From NCBI GenBank assembly GCA_000998135.1, contig LCCV01000010.1, positions 9,073 through 73,072 of the forward strand: DNA of 64,000 nucleotides, written 5' to 3'. Positions 37,070 to 45,405 of this stretch are shown one piece after another; within the stretch, counting starts at the first letter, position 1; each line of letters begins with the position of its first letter. Below the pieces are notes generated by a model. The model saw only the letters and a list, made by a program, of their open reading frames with translations, was not told the origin of the DNA and did not search any database. Both the position numbers and the translations under genes were made by a program. Source of the DNA: Parcubacteria group bacterium GW2011_GWA2_42_14 (GTDB lineage Bacteria > Patescibacteriota > Minisyncoccia > Sungbacterales > GWA2-42-14).

Positions 37070-38599
37070 ATGGCCTTGGAAGAAATTAGAAGTGAGAGAA
37101 TAAAAAAGCTGGAACGGCTGGAAAAAGCCGGTATTGATATTTTTCCGGCATCGGTTTCAAAATCGCGCGAGGAAATTGGTGCGGTTTTGAAAAATTTTGC
37201 GAAACGTATAAGGTTAACCCCTCGACTTCGCTCGGGGGGTAAAAGGGGGGTTGTTGTGGCAGGACGGCTTTTTGCCAAACGTGAGCATGGCGGTTCTTGT
37301 TTTGGAGACCTCAAGGACGCTTCGGGAAAAATTCAAGTTTTTTTTAAAGAGGATGTTTTGGGGAAAGATTCTTATGATTTGTTTATTCGTGATATTGATA
37401 TCGGCGATTTTTTGGAAGTTTCAGGTAAACCATTTGTAACTAAACGGGGAGAGCAGACGATTGAAGTTTTGGAATGGCGGATTTTGGCGAAGTCGTTAAG
37501 GCCGCTTCCGGAAAAGTGGCACGGACTTCAGGATGTTGAGGAAAGATTTCGCAAACGATATTTGGATTTATTGATGAATGAAGAAGTGCGGCAAAAATTT
37601 TTGGCGCGTTCGAGAATTATTAGAGACCTGCGGGGTTTTCTTGAAAAAAATGGTTTTGAGGAATTTGAAACCCCGATGCTTCAATCTATTCCCGGCGGCG
37701 CTTTAGCCAAACCATTTAAGACGCATCACAATGCTTTAGATGTTGATTTATATTTGCGAATAGCTCCCGAACTTTACTTAAAGCGTCTTTTGGTTGGTGG
37801 TTTTGAAAAAGTATATGAATTAGGACGCGATTTTCGAAACGAGGGAATTGACGTAACACATAATCCGGAATTTACCATGCTTGAGGTTTATGCGGCATGG
37901 TGGGATGAAAATGATATGATGAAATTCGTGGAAGAGATGTTTTTAAACGCGGTTGCAAAAATTTTCAAAAAAAAGGAATTTGAGTATGACGGCTCAAAAG
38001 TTGCGATTAAAGCGCCGTTTCCAAGAGTTACTTTTGCCGATTTGTTGAAAAAATACGCGCTAATCGTTGATTATGATGCTGAAACCCGCGATTCAATGGC
38101 CTTGATTGCAAGGCGATTTGGTTTGGATGTTGAAAAACATGAGTCAAAGGGTAAAATTGCCGATGAAATTTATAAAAAAATCTGCCGTCCGCACCTGAAA
38201 AATCCGGTTTTTGTGGTTAGTCACCCATTAGATATTTCACCTTTGGCCAAAAAAATAAGTAAAAATTCTAATAATGTAAGGCGCTTTCAGCTTATTGTCG
38301 GGGGTCTAGAAATCGCTAATGGCTTCTCCGAATTAAATGACCCCATTGACCAAAAAGCGCGTTTTGAAGAGCAGGAAAAAATGCGTGGAGGAGGCTCGCC
38401 CTCCCAAATTTTGCATGGCAAAACTTGGGAGGGTGAAGAAGAAGCCCATCCAATGGACGAGGACTTTGTGGAAGCGCTTGAATATGGTATGCCTCCGGCC
38501 GCGGGCCTAGGTGTTGGTATTGACAGGCTGATAATGCTTTTAACTAATACACATAATGTTAAGGAGATTATATTGTTTCCGACAATGCGTTCTAAATAA
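37070..38599 (+). CDS. lysS: lysyl-tRNA synthetase (class II)
   Basis: OB-fold N-domain, class II motifs (FRNEGIDVTHNPEFTMLE; GGLEIANGFSELNDP; GLGVGIDRL); SD-like AAAGGAG upstream of ATG 37070. Confidence 0.9.
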   Translation: MALEEIRSERIKKLERLEKAGIDIFPASVSKSREEIGAVLKNFAKRIRLTPRLRSGGKRGVVVAGRLFAKREHGGSCFGDLKDASGKIQVFFKEDVLGKDSYDLFIRDIDIGDFLEVSGKPFVTKRGEQTIEVLEWRILAKSLRPLPEKWHGLQDVEERFRKRYLDLLMNEEVRQKFLARSRIIRDLRGFLEKNGFEEFETPMLQSIPGGALAKPFKTHHNALDVDLYLRIAPELYLKRLLVGGFEKVYELGRDFRNEGIDVTHNPEFTMLEVYAAWWDENDMMKFVEEMFLNAVAKIFKKKEFEYDGSKVAIKAPFPRVTFADLLKKYALIVDYDAETRDSMALIARRFGLDVEKHESKGKIADEIYKKICRPHLKNPVFVVSHPLDISPLAKKISKNSNNVRRFQLIVGGLEIANGFSELNDPIDQKARFEEQEKMRGGGSPSQILHGKTWEGEEEAHPMDEDFVEALEYGMPPAAGLGVGIDRLIMLLTNTHNVKEIILFPTMRSK

Positions 38600-38613
38600 C
38601 TCCACTTATTATT

Positions 38614-39300
38614 ATGAAAAAACAAGAATTTTTCCATGATTATTTAATCGCAAAAGAAAGGGAGCCTGGTGCATTAAAGAGAGAGTTTTTTTATGAAGGA
38701 ACGACGTTAACCGAAAGGTCTCTTGAGCATTATAAAGAAGTTTTGCGTCTTCCTGTTGAGGACTGGAAAGGGAAATTGGTGCTTGATATCGGATCAAGCG
38801 CAGATGAAAGGTTTTCTAAACAAGCTGCTCAAAAAGGCATTAAGGTTATCTCTCTTAATCCGGAATTGAAAGAAAGTGAGATACGAAATTTGTCAAAAGC
38901 AAGCATTTGGGACTCTTTAAGATGGAAGAAAAAACAGCGGAAGTCGGCAGCGGGCATTGCCCAGGAATTGCCGTTTAAAGATAATAGTTTTGACGCAGAG
39001 GTTTCTGTTTTCGGCATTCCCGCTTATTTGCCGCCCTACGAATCAGAATATCACACCACTTTTAAAGAAATTATTCGGACGCTTAAACATGGTAGCAGCG
39101 CTTATTTTTATCCAATATTGGAAGGATTGTACCATAGTCCAAGTTTTGCCCGCATTTTGCAAGAATTTTCAGAAGTAGCAGTTTTTGATTTTGAAGAAGC
39201 AGAAATGGACGTTGCGGCCAGGGCGTGGTCTGGGTATCGTGGGGAAAGGAGGGTGTTCAGGTTAACCATAACAAAGAAATCTTTTGAGGATAAAAACTGA
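38614..39300 (+). CDS. class I methyltransferase-like protein, paralog of the 17105-18124 C-terminal domain
   Basis: LVLDIGSSADE motif I; shared blocks KGIKVISLNPELKE, AGGIAQELPFKD, IRTLKHG. Confidence 0.5.
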   Translation: MKKQEFFHDYLIAKEREPGALKREFFYEGTTLTERSLEHYKEVLRLPVEDWKGKLVLDIGSSADERFSKQAAQKGIKVISLNPELKESEIRNLSKASIWDSLRWKKKQRKSAAGIAQELPFKDNSFDAEVSVFGIPAYLPPYESEYHTTFKEIIRTLKHGSSAYFYPILEGLYHSPSFARILQEFSEVAVFDFEEAEMDVAARAWSGYRGERRVFRLTITKKSFEDKN

Positions 39301-39331
39301 TTTTACAAGATTTTTTAACAAGAACACAAAA

Positions 39332-39937
39332 ATGATAAAACAATTACTTCTTGCTACAACTAATCCCGGCAAGGTGACCGAATACAAAGTTCTTCTCGGT
39401 CATTTGCCTATTGACTTGGTATCATTAAAAGAGGCAGGAATTACTATGGCCGTTGAGGAAGACGGAAAAACATTTGAAGAAAATTCCATAAAAAAGGCGG
39501 CGGTATATCATGGTTTGTCCGGCCTGCCCACACTTGCCGATGACGGTGGATTGGAAATTGACCATCTTGGGGGAGAACCCGGAGTTATGTCGCGCAGATG
39601 GCCCGGTTATGAAGCTAGTGACGAAGAATTGATAAAAATGGCGCTGGATAAATTAAACGGTGTTCCGCGAGAAAAAAGGGGGGCTAAATTAAAAGTTTCT
39701 ATTGCGCTTATTTTTCCGGAAGATAATAATATTTATACCGCCGAAGGCGAAAAGCGGGGATTTATAGGCACTGAGCCGGTTAATTTTCAGGAGGGTTATC
39801 CGTTCCGTTGTCTTTTCTACATTCCCGAACTCGGAAAATATTATAGCGAACTGACTTTGGAAGAAGAAGCAATGCTTGCTCATCGAAAAGAAGCGATTGA
39901 TAAAATAATGCCGATATTGAAAGAGAAGTTAATGTGA
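39332..39937 (+). CDS. rdgB: non-canonical purine NTP pyrophosphatase (RdgB/Ham1 family)
   Basis: TTNPGKVTEY N-terminus and ADDGGLEIDHLGGEPG motif. Confidence 0.85.
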   Translation: MIKQLLLATTNPGKVTEYKVLLGHLPIDLVSLKEAGITMAVEEDGKTFEENSIKKAAVYHGLSGLPTLADDGGLEIDHLGGEPGVMSRRWPGYEASDEELIKMALDKLNGVPREKRGAKLKVSIALIFPEDNNIYTAEGEKRGFIGTEPVNFQEGYPFRCLFYIPELGKYYSELTLEEEAMLAHRKEAIDKIMPILKEKLM

Positions 39938-40119
39938 TGCTAATTCGATGCGAATATAATGCTAATTCGGCGAATTGCGAATAATTATTCTTCGAGCCGA
40001 GTCGAGAAGTTCACCTTAATGTAAAGTTCTTGACAAGCTCGAACAGTAGTTCGACAGGCTCACTACAGGCATTCGCAATTTGTAGATTAGCATTAAATTT
40101 GTAGATTGGCATCATTGCT

Positions 40120-41385
40120 ATGCTCGACATAAAATTCATCCGCGAAAATCCTGATAAAACCAGAGAAGGTCTTAAGAAAAAAGGCATGGATTTTGATTTG
40201 GATTATTTATTGTCGCTTGATGAAAAAAGAAGGAAAAAAATTCAGGAGGTTGATGAAATGAGGGCCCGGCAAAACGCGTTAAGCGGGGAAATCGCAACGG
40301 CCAGAAAATCGGATAGGGATAAAAATATAGCGGAATCAAAAGAATTAAAAATTAAACTCGGAGATGTTGAGTTTGAATTGAAAGCCATTGAAGAAGAATT
40401 TGAAGAACTGACGGGCAAGTTTCCCAATCTTCCGCTTGATAATGTTCCGGTTGGCGCCGGGGAGCGCGATAATGTCGCGTTTCGTGAAATTGGAGAGCGC
40501 CCTAAATTTTCTTTTGAGACAAAAGACCATTTGGAACTTGGTATCAACCTCGGCATCATTGATTTTGAAACCGGAGCAAAGGTTTCCGGTTCGGATTTTT
40601 ATTATTTAAAAAATGCCGGTGTCATGCTTGAGCTTGCTCTTGTTCAATACGCGTTGGAATTTCTTTCCCAAAAAGGTTTTTCGCCGCGCATTACTCCTGA
40701 TTTGGCGCGAAGCAAATTTTACTTGGGAACCGGATATTTGCCCCGCGGTTCCGAAGCGCAGACATATATGATTGAGGATTCCGATTTGGGGCTTATTGCT
40801 ACGGCAGAGGTAACTTTAGCCGGTATTCATGCTGATGAAATTTTGGATAATAAACAATTGCCTATTTACTATGCGGGTTATTCGCATTGTTTTCGCAGGG
40901 AGTCGGGAAGTTACGGCAAATATTCCAAAGGGTTGTATCGCGTTCATCAGTTTACAAAAGTTGAAATGTTTGTTTATTGCCGTCCGGAGGATTCGCCTAA
41001 AATTCATGAGGATCTTCTTGGCTATGAAGAAAAATTATGGCAGGGACTGGGCATACCGTATCGCGTGGTAGAGATGTGCGCAGGGGATTTGGGGGCGCAG
41101 GCCGCGCGAAAGTTTGATTTAGAGGCCTGGATGCCCGGCAGAAAAGATTGGGGGGAAGTTACCTCAACTTCCAACACCACCGATTATCAGGCGCGCCGTT
41201 TAGGAATAAAGTATCGCGACGCGGATGGCAAGATTAAATTCGTCCATACGCTTAATGGTACGGCCATTGCCGTTTCCCGCGCGATTATCGCGATTTTGGA
41301 AAATTATCAGCAAGAGGACGGTTCGGTTGAAATACCGGAAGTTTTGCAAAAATATATGGGAGGGATGAAAGATATCCGGCTATGA
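40120..41385 (+). CDS. serS: seryl-tRNA synthetase
   Basis: N-terminal coiled-coil arm, class II motifs (CFRRESGSYGK...GLYRVHQF; NGTAIAVSRAI). Confidence 0.95.
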   Translation: MLDIKFIRENPDKTREGLKKKGMDFDLDYLLSLDEKRRKKIQEVDEMRARQNALSGEIATARKSDRDKNIAESKELKIKLGDVEFELKAIEEEFEELTGKFPNLPLDNVPVGAGERDNVAFREIGERPKFSFETKDHLELGINLGIIDFETGAKVSGSDFYYLKNAGVMLELALVQYALEFLSQKGFSPRITPDLARSKFYLGTGYLPRGSEAQTYMIEDSDLGLIATAEVTLAGIHADEILDNKQLPIYYAGYSHCFRRESGSYGKYSKGLYRVHQFTKVEMFVYCRPEDSPKIHEDLLGYEEKLWQGLGIPYRVVEMCAGDLGAQAARKFDLEAWMPGRKDWGEVTSTSNTTDYQARRLGIKYRDADGKIKFVHTLNGTAIAVSRAIIAILENYQQEDGSVEIPEVLQKYMGGMKDIRL

Positions 41386-41416
41386 TTCTTGCATTGAATA
41401 ATCGTGATTGAAATTT

Positions 41417-41446
41417 AAAATCCCGCTTATGAGCGGGATTTGTTTT
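41417..41446. terminator. bidirectional terminator (aaatcccgcttatgagcgggattt + T5)
   Basis: Perfect hairpin. Confidence 0.7.
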
Positions 41447-41831
41447 TATTAACGCATTCCTGTTTTTCCCAGAAGTAAATGATAAATTTATTTTTCTTTT
41501 CGTGGAGCCAGATGTTCGGTATGGTAATGCTTTGTTTATGATAAAAGAGCGTTATGATTAAATTGCCCTTGTCGGCGAACGGTCTAAGAGTTGTTCCTTT
41601 ATCGGCAATATCATCCACAACGAGCGTTTGCCGGCTTTTCGGTCCGTCGAGGAATTGAGGAATGTCCAAACGATGTGATAAAGCCGTTGCAAGCGTTAAA
41701 CCTCCCCGCGGGGGTCCATAGACGCCGTCAAAATTTATGTCCAAAAGCATTTGCCAAAGCCGGTCAACGTCTTTTTCAAATTCATGACCCCGGTAATATC
41801 GGCAACAGGAACAGGGTGGTTTCATCGGCAT
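41427..41831 (-). CDS. small phosphoribosyltransferase-domain protein
   Basis: PRPP-binding motif TLVVDDIADKGTTL; N-terminal Cys cluster CSCCRYY. Confidence 0.55.
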   Translation of the reverse strand: MPMKPPCSCCRYYRGHEFEKDVDRLWQMLLDINFDGVYGPPRGGLTLATALSHRLDIPQFLDGPKSRQTLVVDDIADKGTTLRPFADKGNLIITLFYHKQSITIPNIWLHEKKNKFIIYFWEKQECVNKNKSRS

Positions 41832-42289
41832 TCCTGTTTTTCAATTTCATTCGGATATACGGCCCGGATAAAGTCGCACCATTCTGTTTTCCAATCCTTA
41901 CTGTTTATATCGGCGATTGTCCATTCAGGTGAGTGCTTTTTAGGAAGCCAAACGCCTTCCGAGGAATAATGTATGTGAAGGATTGCGTGCATTGTTGTTT
42001 GTCGCAACCCTTCATAAGTAACGTCAACATTCGCCATACACTCTCCTATTTCTTGGTCGAATGAAATATCATTAAAGGCCTTGATCGAAAATTTTAATAT
42101 ATAATCCTTTGCGGGTGGAAATTGGCTTTCTATAAGATGCGCTACTGCCGCTTGAAGAGGGGTTTTGCGGTCCAGATTTTGGGTAACGTTTTGATTTTCA
42201 TGGTGGCGTTGAGCGTATGTTATTCCGGTTGAGGGAAATAAGTATAGTAACAAGAAACCAATGAGTAAGAAAATTTGATTATACCTCAT
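41822..42289 (-). CDS. secreted hypothetical protein (signal peptide)
   Basis: N-terminal hydrophobic leader; overlaps the downstream PRTase gene by 10 bp. Confidence 0.4.
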   Translation of the reverse strand: MRYNQIFLLIGFLLLYLFPSTGITYAQRHHENQNVTQNLDRKTPLQAAVAHLIESQFPPAKDYILKFSIKAFNDISFDQEIGECMANVDVTYEGLRQTTMHAILHIHYSSEGVWLPKKHSPEWTIADINSKDWKTEWCDFIRAVYPNEIEKQECR

Positions 42290-42400
42290 GGTGACTTCCT
42301 TGTGTTGTGAAAGAACATTTTAGAATAATTCACAGTTTAACAGTAAAAATACAAAAGTCAATCCCTTTGTCAATTATAAATCGAATCATGTATAATAGTA

Positions 42401-43612
42401 TTGACTATGAAAAAAAATGATTTTTTACGAACATGGATTGAATTAGATAAAAAAGCGCTCGTGCAAAATATTGGGCAGTTTTTAAAATTTATTCCGGTGC
42501 GTACGCGGTTAATGGCCGTGGTTAAATCAAACGCCTATGGTCATGGCCTCGCGCAAGTTGCAAAGCAACTCGCGGAATTGGGAGTTAAGAATAATGAATT
42601 AGGCGTCCATAATTCAAAATTCATAATTCATAATTCACGTTTATGGTTCGGCGTTGATTCTATTGTTGAGGCCTTGCGGCTTCGCGAAGAAGGCATTAAA
42701 AATTCAATTCTGGTTTTGGGGTCAACTCTGCCGGGGCGTTTTAAGGAAGCTGAAGAAAATAATATCATTTTAACTGTTTCCAATTTTGAGTCACTTGGGG
42801 CGTTAAAGAAACTTAAGAACCCGCCGGAATTTCACATAAAAATTGATACCGGCATGTATCGTCAGGGTTTTTTGCCCGAACAAATCCAAAAACTTCTTAA
42901 ACTTATTAAATTGTATAAGCTTGCGCCGGAGGGAATATATACTCATTTTGCCAGCGCCAAAGACCGCGGTTATCCTACATATACTTTTGAGCAACTAAGA
43001 AAATTTAAACAAGCGATTAAAGAGTTTGAGCGCGCCGGTTTCAGAAAGTTAATTAAACACGCCGCGGCTTCGGGGGGGACTATTTTATTTCCGTCAAGCC
43101 ATCTTGATATGGTTAGGATAGGAATAGGGCTTTATGGCTATTGGCCGGCCCCTGAAACTGAAAAGACGTTTCGGTTTCAGGGAAATCCCAAATCCCAAAG
43201 CCCAAATTCCAAACTTTCTCTAAAACCAGTATTAACGTGGAAAACAATTGTGGGTGAGGTTAAGGAAATCCCAAAAGGATCGCACATCGGGTACGACTTT
43301 ACCGAACGTATCAATCGGAAAACCAAAATCGCCGTACTGCCGATTGGCTATTGGCATGGTTATGACCGCGGCTTGTCGTCCATAGGCGAAGTTTTGCTCC
43401 GAGGACGGCGTAGAAAGATTTTAGGAAGGGTTTCAATGGATATGATTGTTGTTGATGTTACCGATAAGCCATCGGTAAAAGTGGGTAATGAAGCGGTTTT
43501 GCTCGGAAAACAGGGAAAAGATGCAATTTGGGCTGATGAAATCGCTTTGAAAATTGGAACTTCTGCTTATGAAGTATTAACTCGTATAAACCCTCTTATA
43601 GAGAGGAATTAG
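42401..43612 (+). CDS. alr: alanine racemase with two in-frame low-complexity insertions
   Basis: PLP-lysine region AVVKSNAYGHG; C-terminal domain; insert-like tracts NSKFIIHNSR and GNPKSQSPNSKLS. Confidence 0.85.
   Translation: MTMKKNDFLRTWIELDKKALVQNIGQFLKFIPVRTRLMAVVKSNAYGHGLAQVAKQLAELGVKNNELGVHNSKFIIHNSRLWFGVDSIVEALRLREEGIKNSILVLGSTLPGRFKEAEENNIILTVSNFESLGALKKLKNPPEFHIKIDTGMYRQGFLPEQIQKLLKLIKLYKLAPEGIYTHFASAKDRGYPTYTFEQLRKFKQAIKEFERAGFRKLIKHAAASGGTILFPSSHLDMVRIGIGLYGYWPAPETEKTFRFQGNPKSQSPNSKLSLKPVLTWKTIVGEVKEIPKGSHIGYDFTERINRKTKIAVLPIGYWHGYDRGLSSIGEVLLRGRRRKILGRVSMDMIVVDVTDKPSVKVGNEAVLLGKQGKDAIWADEIALKIGTSAYEVLTRINPLIERN
42611..42638. repeat. AATTCAAAATTCATAATTCATAATTCAC repeat inside alr, in frame
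   Basis: Same family as 60367-60437 and others. Confidence 0.6.
43183..43217. repeat. AAATCCCAAATCCCAAAGCCCAAATTCCAAAC repeat inside alr, in frame
   Basis: Same family as 50755-50823. Confidence 0.6.
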
Positions 43613-43739
43613 CCCTTTACACTGTTTTTGAATAAGTAGTGGATTAACTGTGTATATAATTTTTCCTAAAATTTGGTATTATTTGTGATATATGTTTTGG
43701 TCGAATATAGCAATTATTAAGTAAAAAATAAAAATAATT

Positions 43740-44360
43740 ATGATTAAGAATTTTATATCATTTTTAGTCGCGTTTTCGGTTGTGTTTGGCGGAGTAGCGC
43801 CGGTTTTGGCGCAATCGCAGAATCGCCCTTCGTTGCCCAATAAGCCGAAAATAATGGGAACGGCCACGACAACGCCGGCAATGCGCCTTGAGGAAAAACA
43901 AGAAAGAATGGAAGCGAGAATGCAGAAATTGGAAGAAAGGAGAAAACAGATGATTAAGAAATTTTTTGAGAAAATGGTCAGGCGGTTTGAGGCGGCCGTT
44001 AACCGTCTTAAAAAATTGGCTGACCGTATAGATAGCCGGTTGACTAAATTTGCAACCGAAAGGGGTAAGGATGTAGCCGCTCTTAGGGCAAGATTGGCCG
44101 AAGCCAGAGTAAAAATTACGGAAGCCGAAGTGGCTATTAATTCGGCCAAGGCGGGATTGGAAAGCGCCTTAAATTCTGAAACTCCGCGCGAGGCCCTTGA
44201 GGCCGTTCGAAAGTTGGTTGTCGAGGCTCGTGATAAAATAAAAGAAGCGCATAAGGCGTTAGTAAAGGTCGTAACAGAAATCAAAGGAGTATCCGGAGGA
44301 ATTAATTCTGGAAGAATTAATGGTGGTCCAGCCACAACTACTCCGATAATGGTACCGTAA
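43740..44360 (+). CDS. secreted coiled-coil protein, hypothetical
   Basis: Signal peptide plus long Glu/Arg/Lys-rich helices; the overlapping minus ORF is low-complexity antisense. Confidence 0.4.
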   Translation: MIKNFISFLVAFSVVFGGVAPVLAQSQNRPSLPNKPKIMGTATTTPAMRLEEKQERMEARMQKLEERRKQMIKKFFEKMVRRFEAAVNRLKKLADRIDSRLTKFATERGKDVAALRARLAEARVKITEAEVAINSAKAGLESALNSETPREALEAVRKLVVEARDKIKEAHKALVKVVTEIKGVSGGINSGRINGGPATTTPIMVP

Positions 44361-44364
44361 TTTA

Positions 44365-44431
44365 ACCAACAACCAACAACTGACAACCAACAACACGTGT
44401 TATGGGTTGTAAATTGTAGGTTGTAAGTTAA
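44365..44431. repeat. CAACAAC / GTTGTAAGTTGTAAG hairpin element
   Basis: ccaacaaccaacaactgacaaccaacaac...gggttgtaaattgtaggttgtaagtt. Confidence 0.5.
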
Positions 44432-44437
44432 TAAACT

Positions 44438-44776
44438 ATGGATTTTCAACCATCAATTCCGACCGGACCTTCTTTAACTCCGGCAGTAGGCAAAAAATCT
44501 TCTCTGCTTCGGATACTTTTGGTTATAGCGGCCGTTCTTGTGGTATTAGCGCTTTGGGTTTGGTTTTACGGAGGAAGTTTACTGCCCTCACCGAAAGAAA
44601 CTTATAATTCACAGCCGACTATAGGTATTAAGCCGCCGCCGGAACCAGATGTCGCTGCCCTACAAAAGCAAAGCGTTTCTGATGATATTACCGCTATTGA
44701 AAACGATTTGAATGCTACTGACCTTGAAAATCTTGACCTTGAATTGGACGCGATTGATAAAGAGTTTGCGCAGTAA
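44438..44776 (+). CDS. small membrane-anchored protein, hypothetical
   Basis: One TM helix, acidic C-terminus. Confidence 0.4.
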   Translation: MDFQPSIPTGPSLTPAVGKKSSLLRILLVIAAVLVVLALWVWFYGGSLLPSPKETYNSQPTIGIKPPPEPDVAALQKQSVSDDITAIENDLNATDLENLDLELDAIDKEFAQ

Positions 44777-44794
44777 AATTTGTATTAGATCAAA

Positions 44795-44828
44795 AGGCCC
44801 GACCCCCTTTGTGAGGGTCGGGTTTTGG
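44795..44828 (+). terminator. Rho-independent terminator (ggcccgaccccctttgtgagggtcggg + tttt)
   Basis: GC stem plus T-run. Confidence 0.7.
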
Positions 44829-44993
44829 TTTTAGCAATTTTTAGAGTTTAATTTGGCGTTACTATCGGCGTTTAACATGGCTTCTAATTTCTTGAATTAA
44901 AAATAAGCTCCGGCCGGACTGCTTATACGGCCGTTTTTTCTTTTTTGCCTGGCGTTTTTCGGATTTTGGCTTCACCGCTTTCATGTAAATTAT

Positions 44994-45033
44994 TGAAGTC
45001 CGACTTCCCTAATTTAGCGAAGTCGGACTTCGC
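44994..45033. repeat. GAAGTCCGACTTC...GAAGTCGGACTTC palindromic element (intergenic copy)
   Basis: 13-bp arms; the same 13-mer recurs inside uvrA at 50022. Confidence 0.55.
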
Positions 45034-45134
45034 TAGTTTTTCTCGTATGTCACTATTGACATATTTTTTTCATTTTGCTACTTATATTATCGGGGTCTTT
45101 AACGGCTAAAACAATTAAAAACCGAGAAAAAACA

Positions 45135-45371
45135 ATGAAAAAGTGGGGAATAGTGCTTTTGGGATGGTTTTTTATTGCGCTTGGGCCTAACACTGGTGGT
45201 AATAATGTATCAAATGTTTTTACCGTTGTACCAAATTTTAGGACAAAGGCTGACTGTCAGACCGCTGCTTTTTGGGTAAGAAGTACGACCACGGGTGGCC
45301 AATTTTTTATAAATGATCGGGCCTCGGATTGTTACCCCGATGACAAAGAGCCCTTTTATGATATTAAGTAA
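45135..45371 (+). CDS. small secreted or membrane protein, hypothetical
   Basis: MKKWGIVLLGWFFIALG signal-like start. Confidence 0.35.
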   Translation: MKKWGIVLLGWFFIALGPNTGGNNVSNVFTVVPNFRTKADCQTAAFWVRSTTTGGQFFINDRASDCYPDDKEPFYDIK

Positions 45372-45405
45372 CAAGCAAACGGGAAACCATGCGGATGGAA
45401 ATTTT

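Noticed and set aside
43679-44449. 256-aa minus-strand ORF overlapping the 43740-44360 gene
   Set aside because: The translation is low-complexity and hydrophobic (poly Ile/Leu/Ser). It is antisense to a plus-strand ORF that has a clean signal peptide and sits in co-oriented context.
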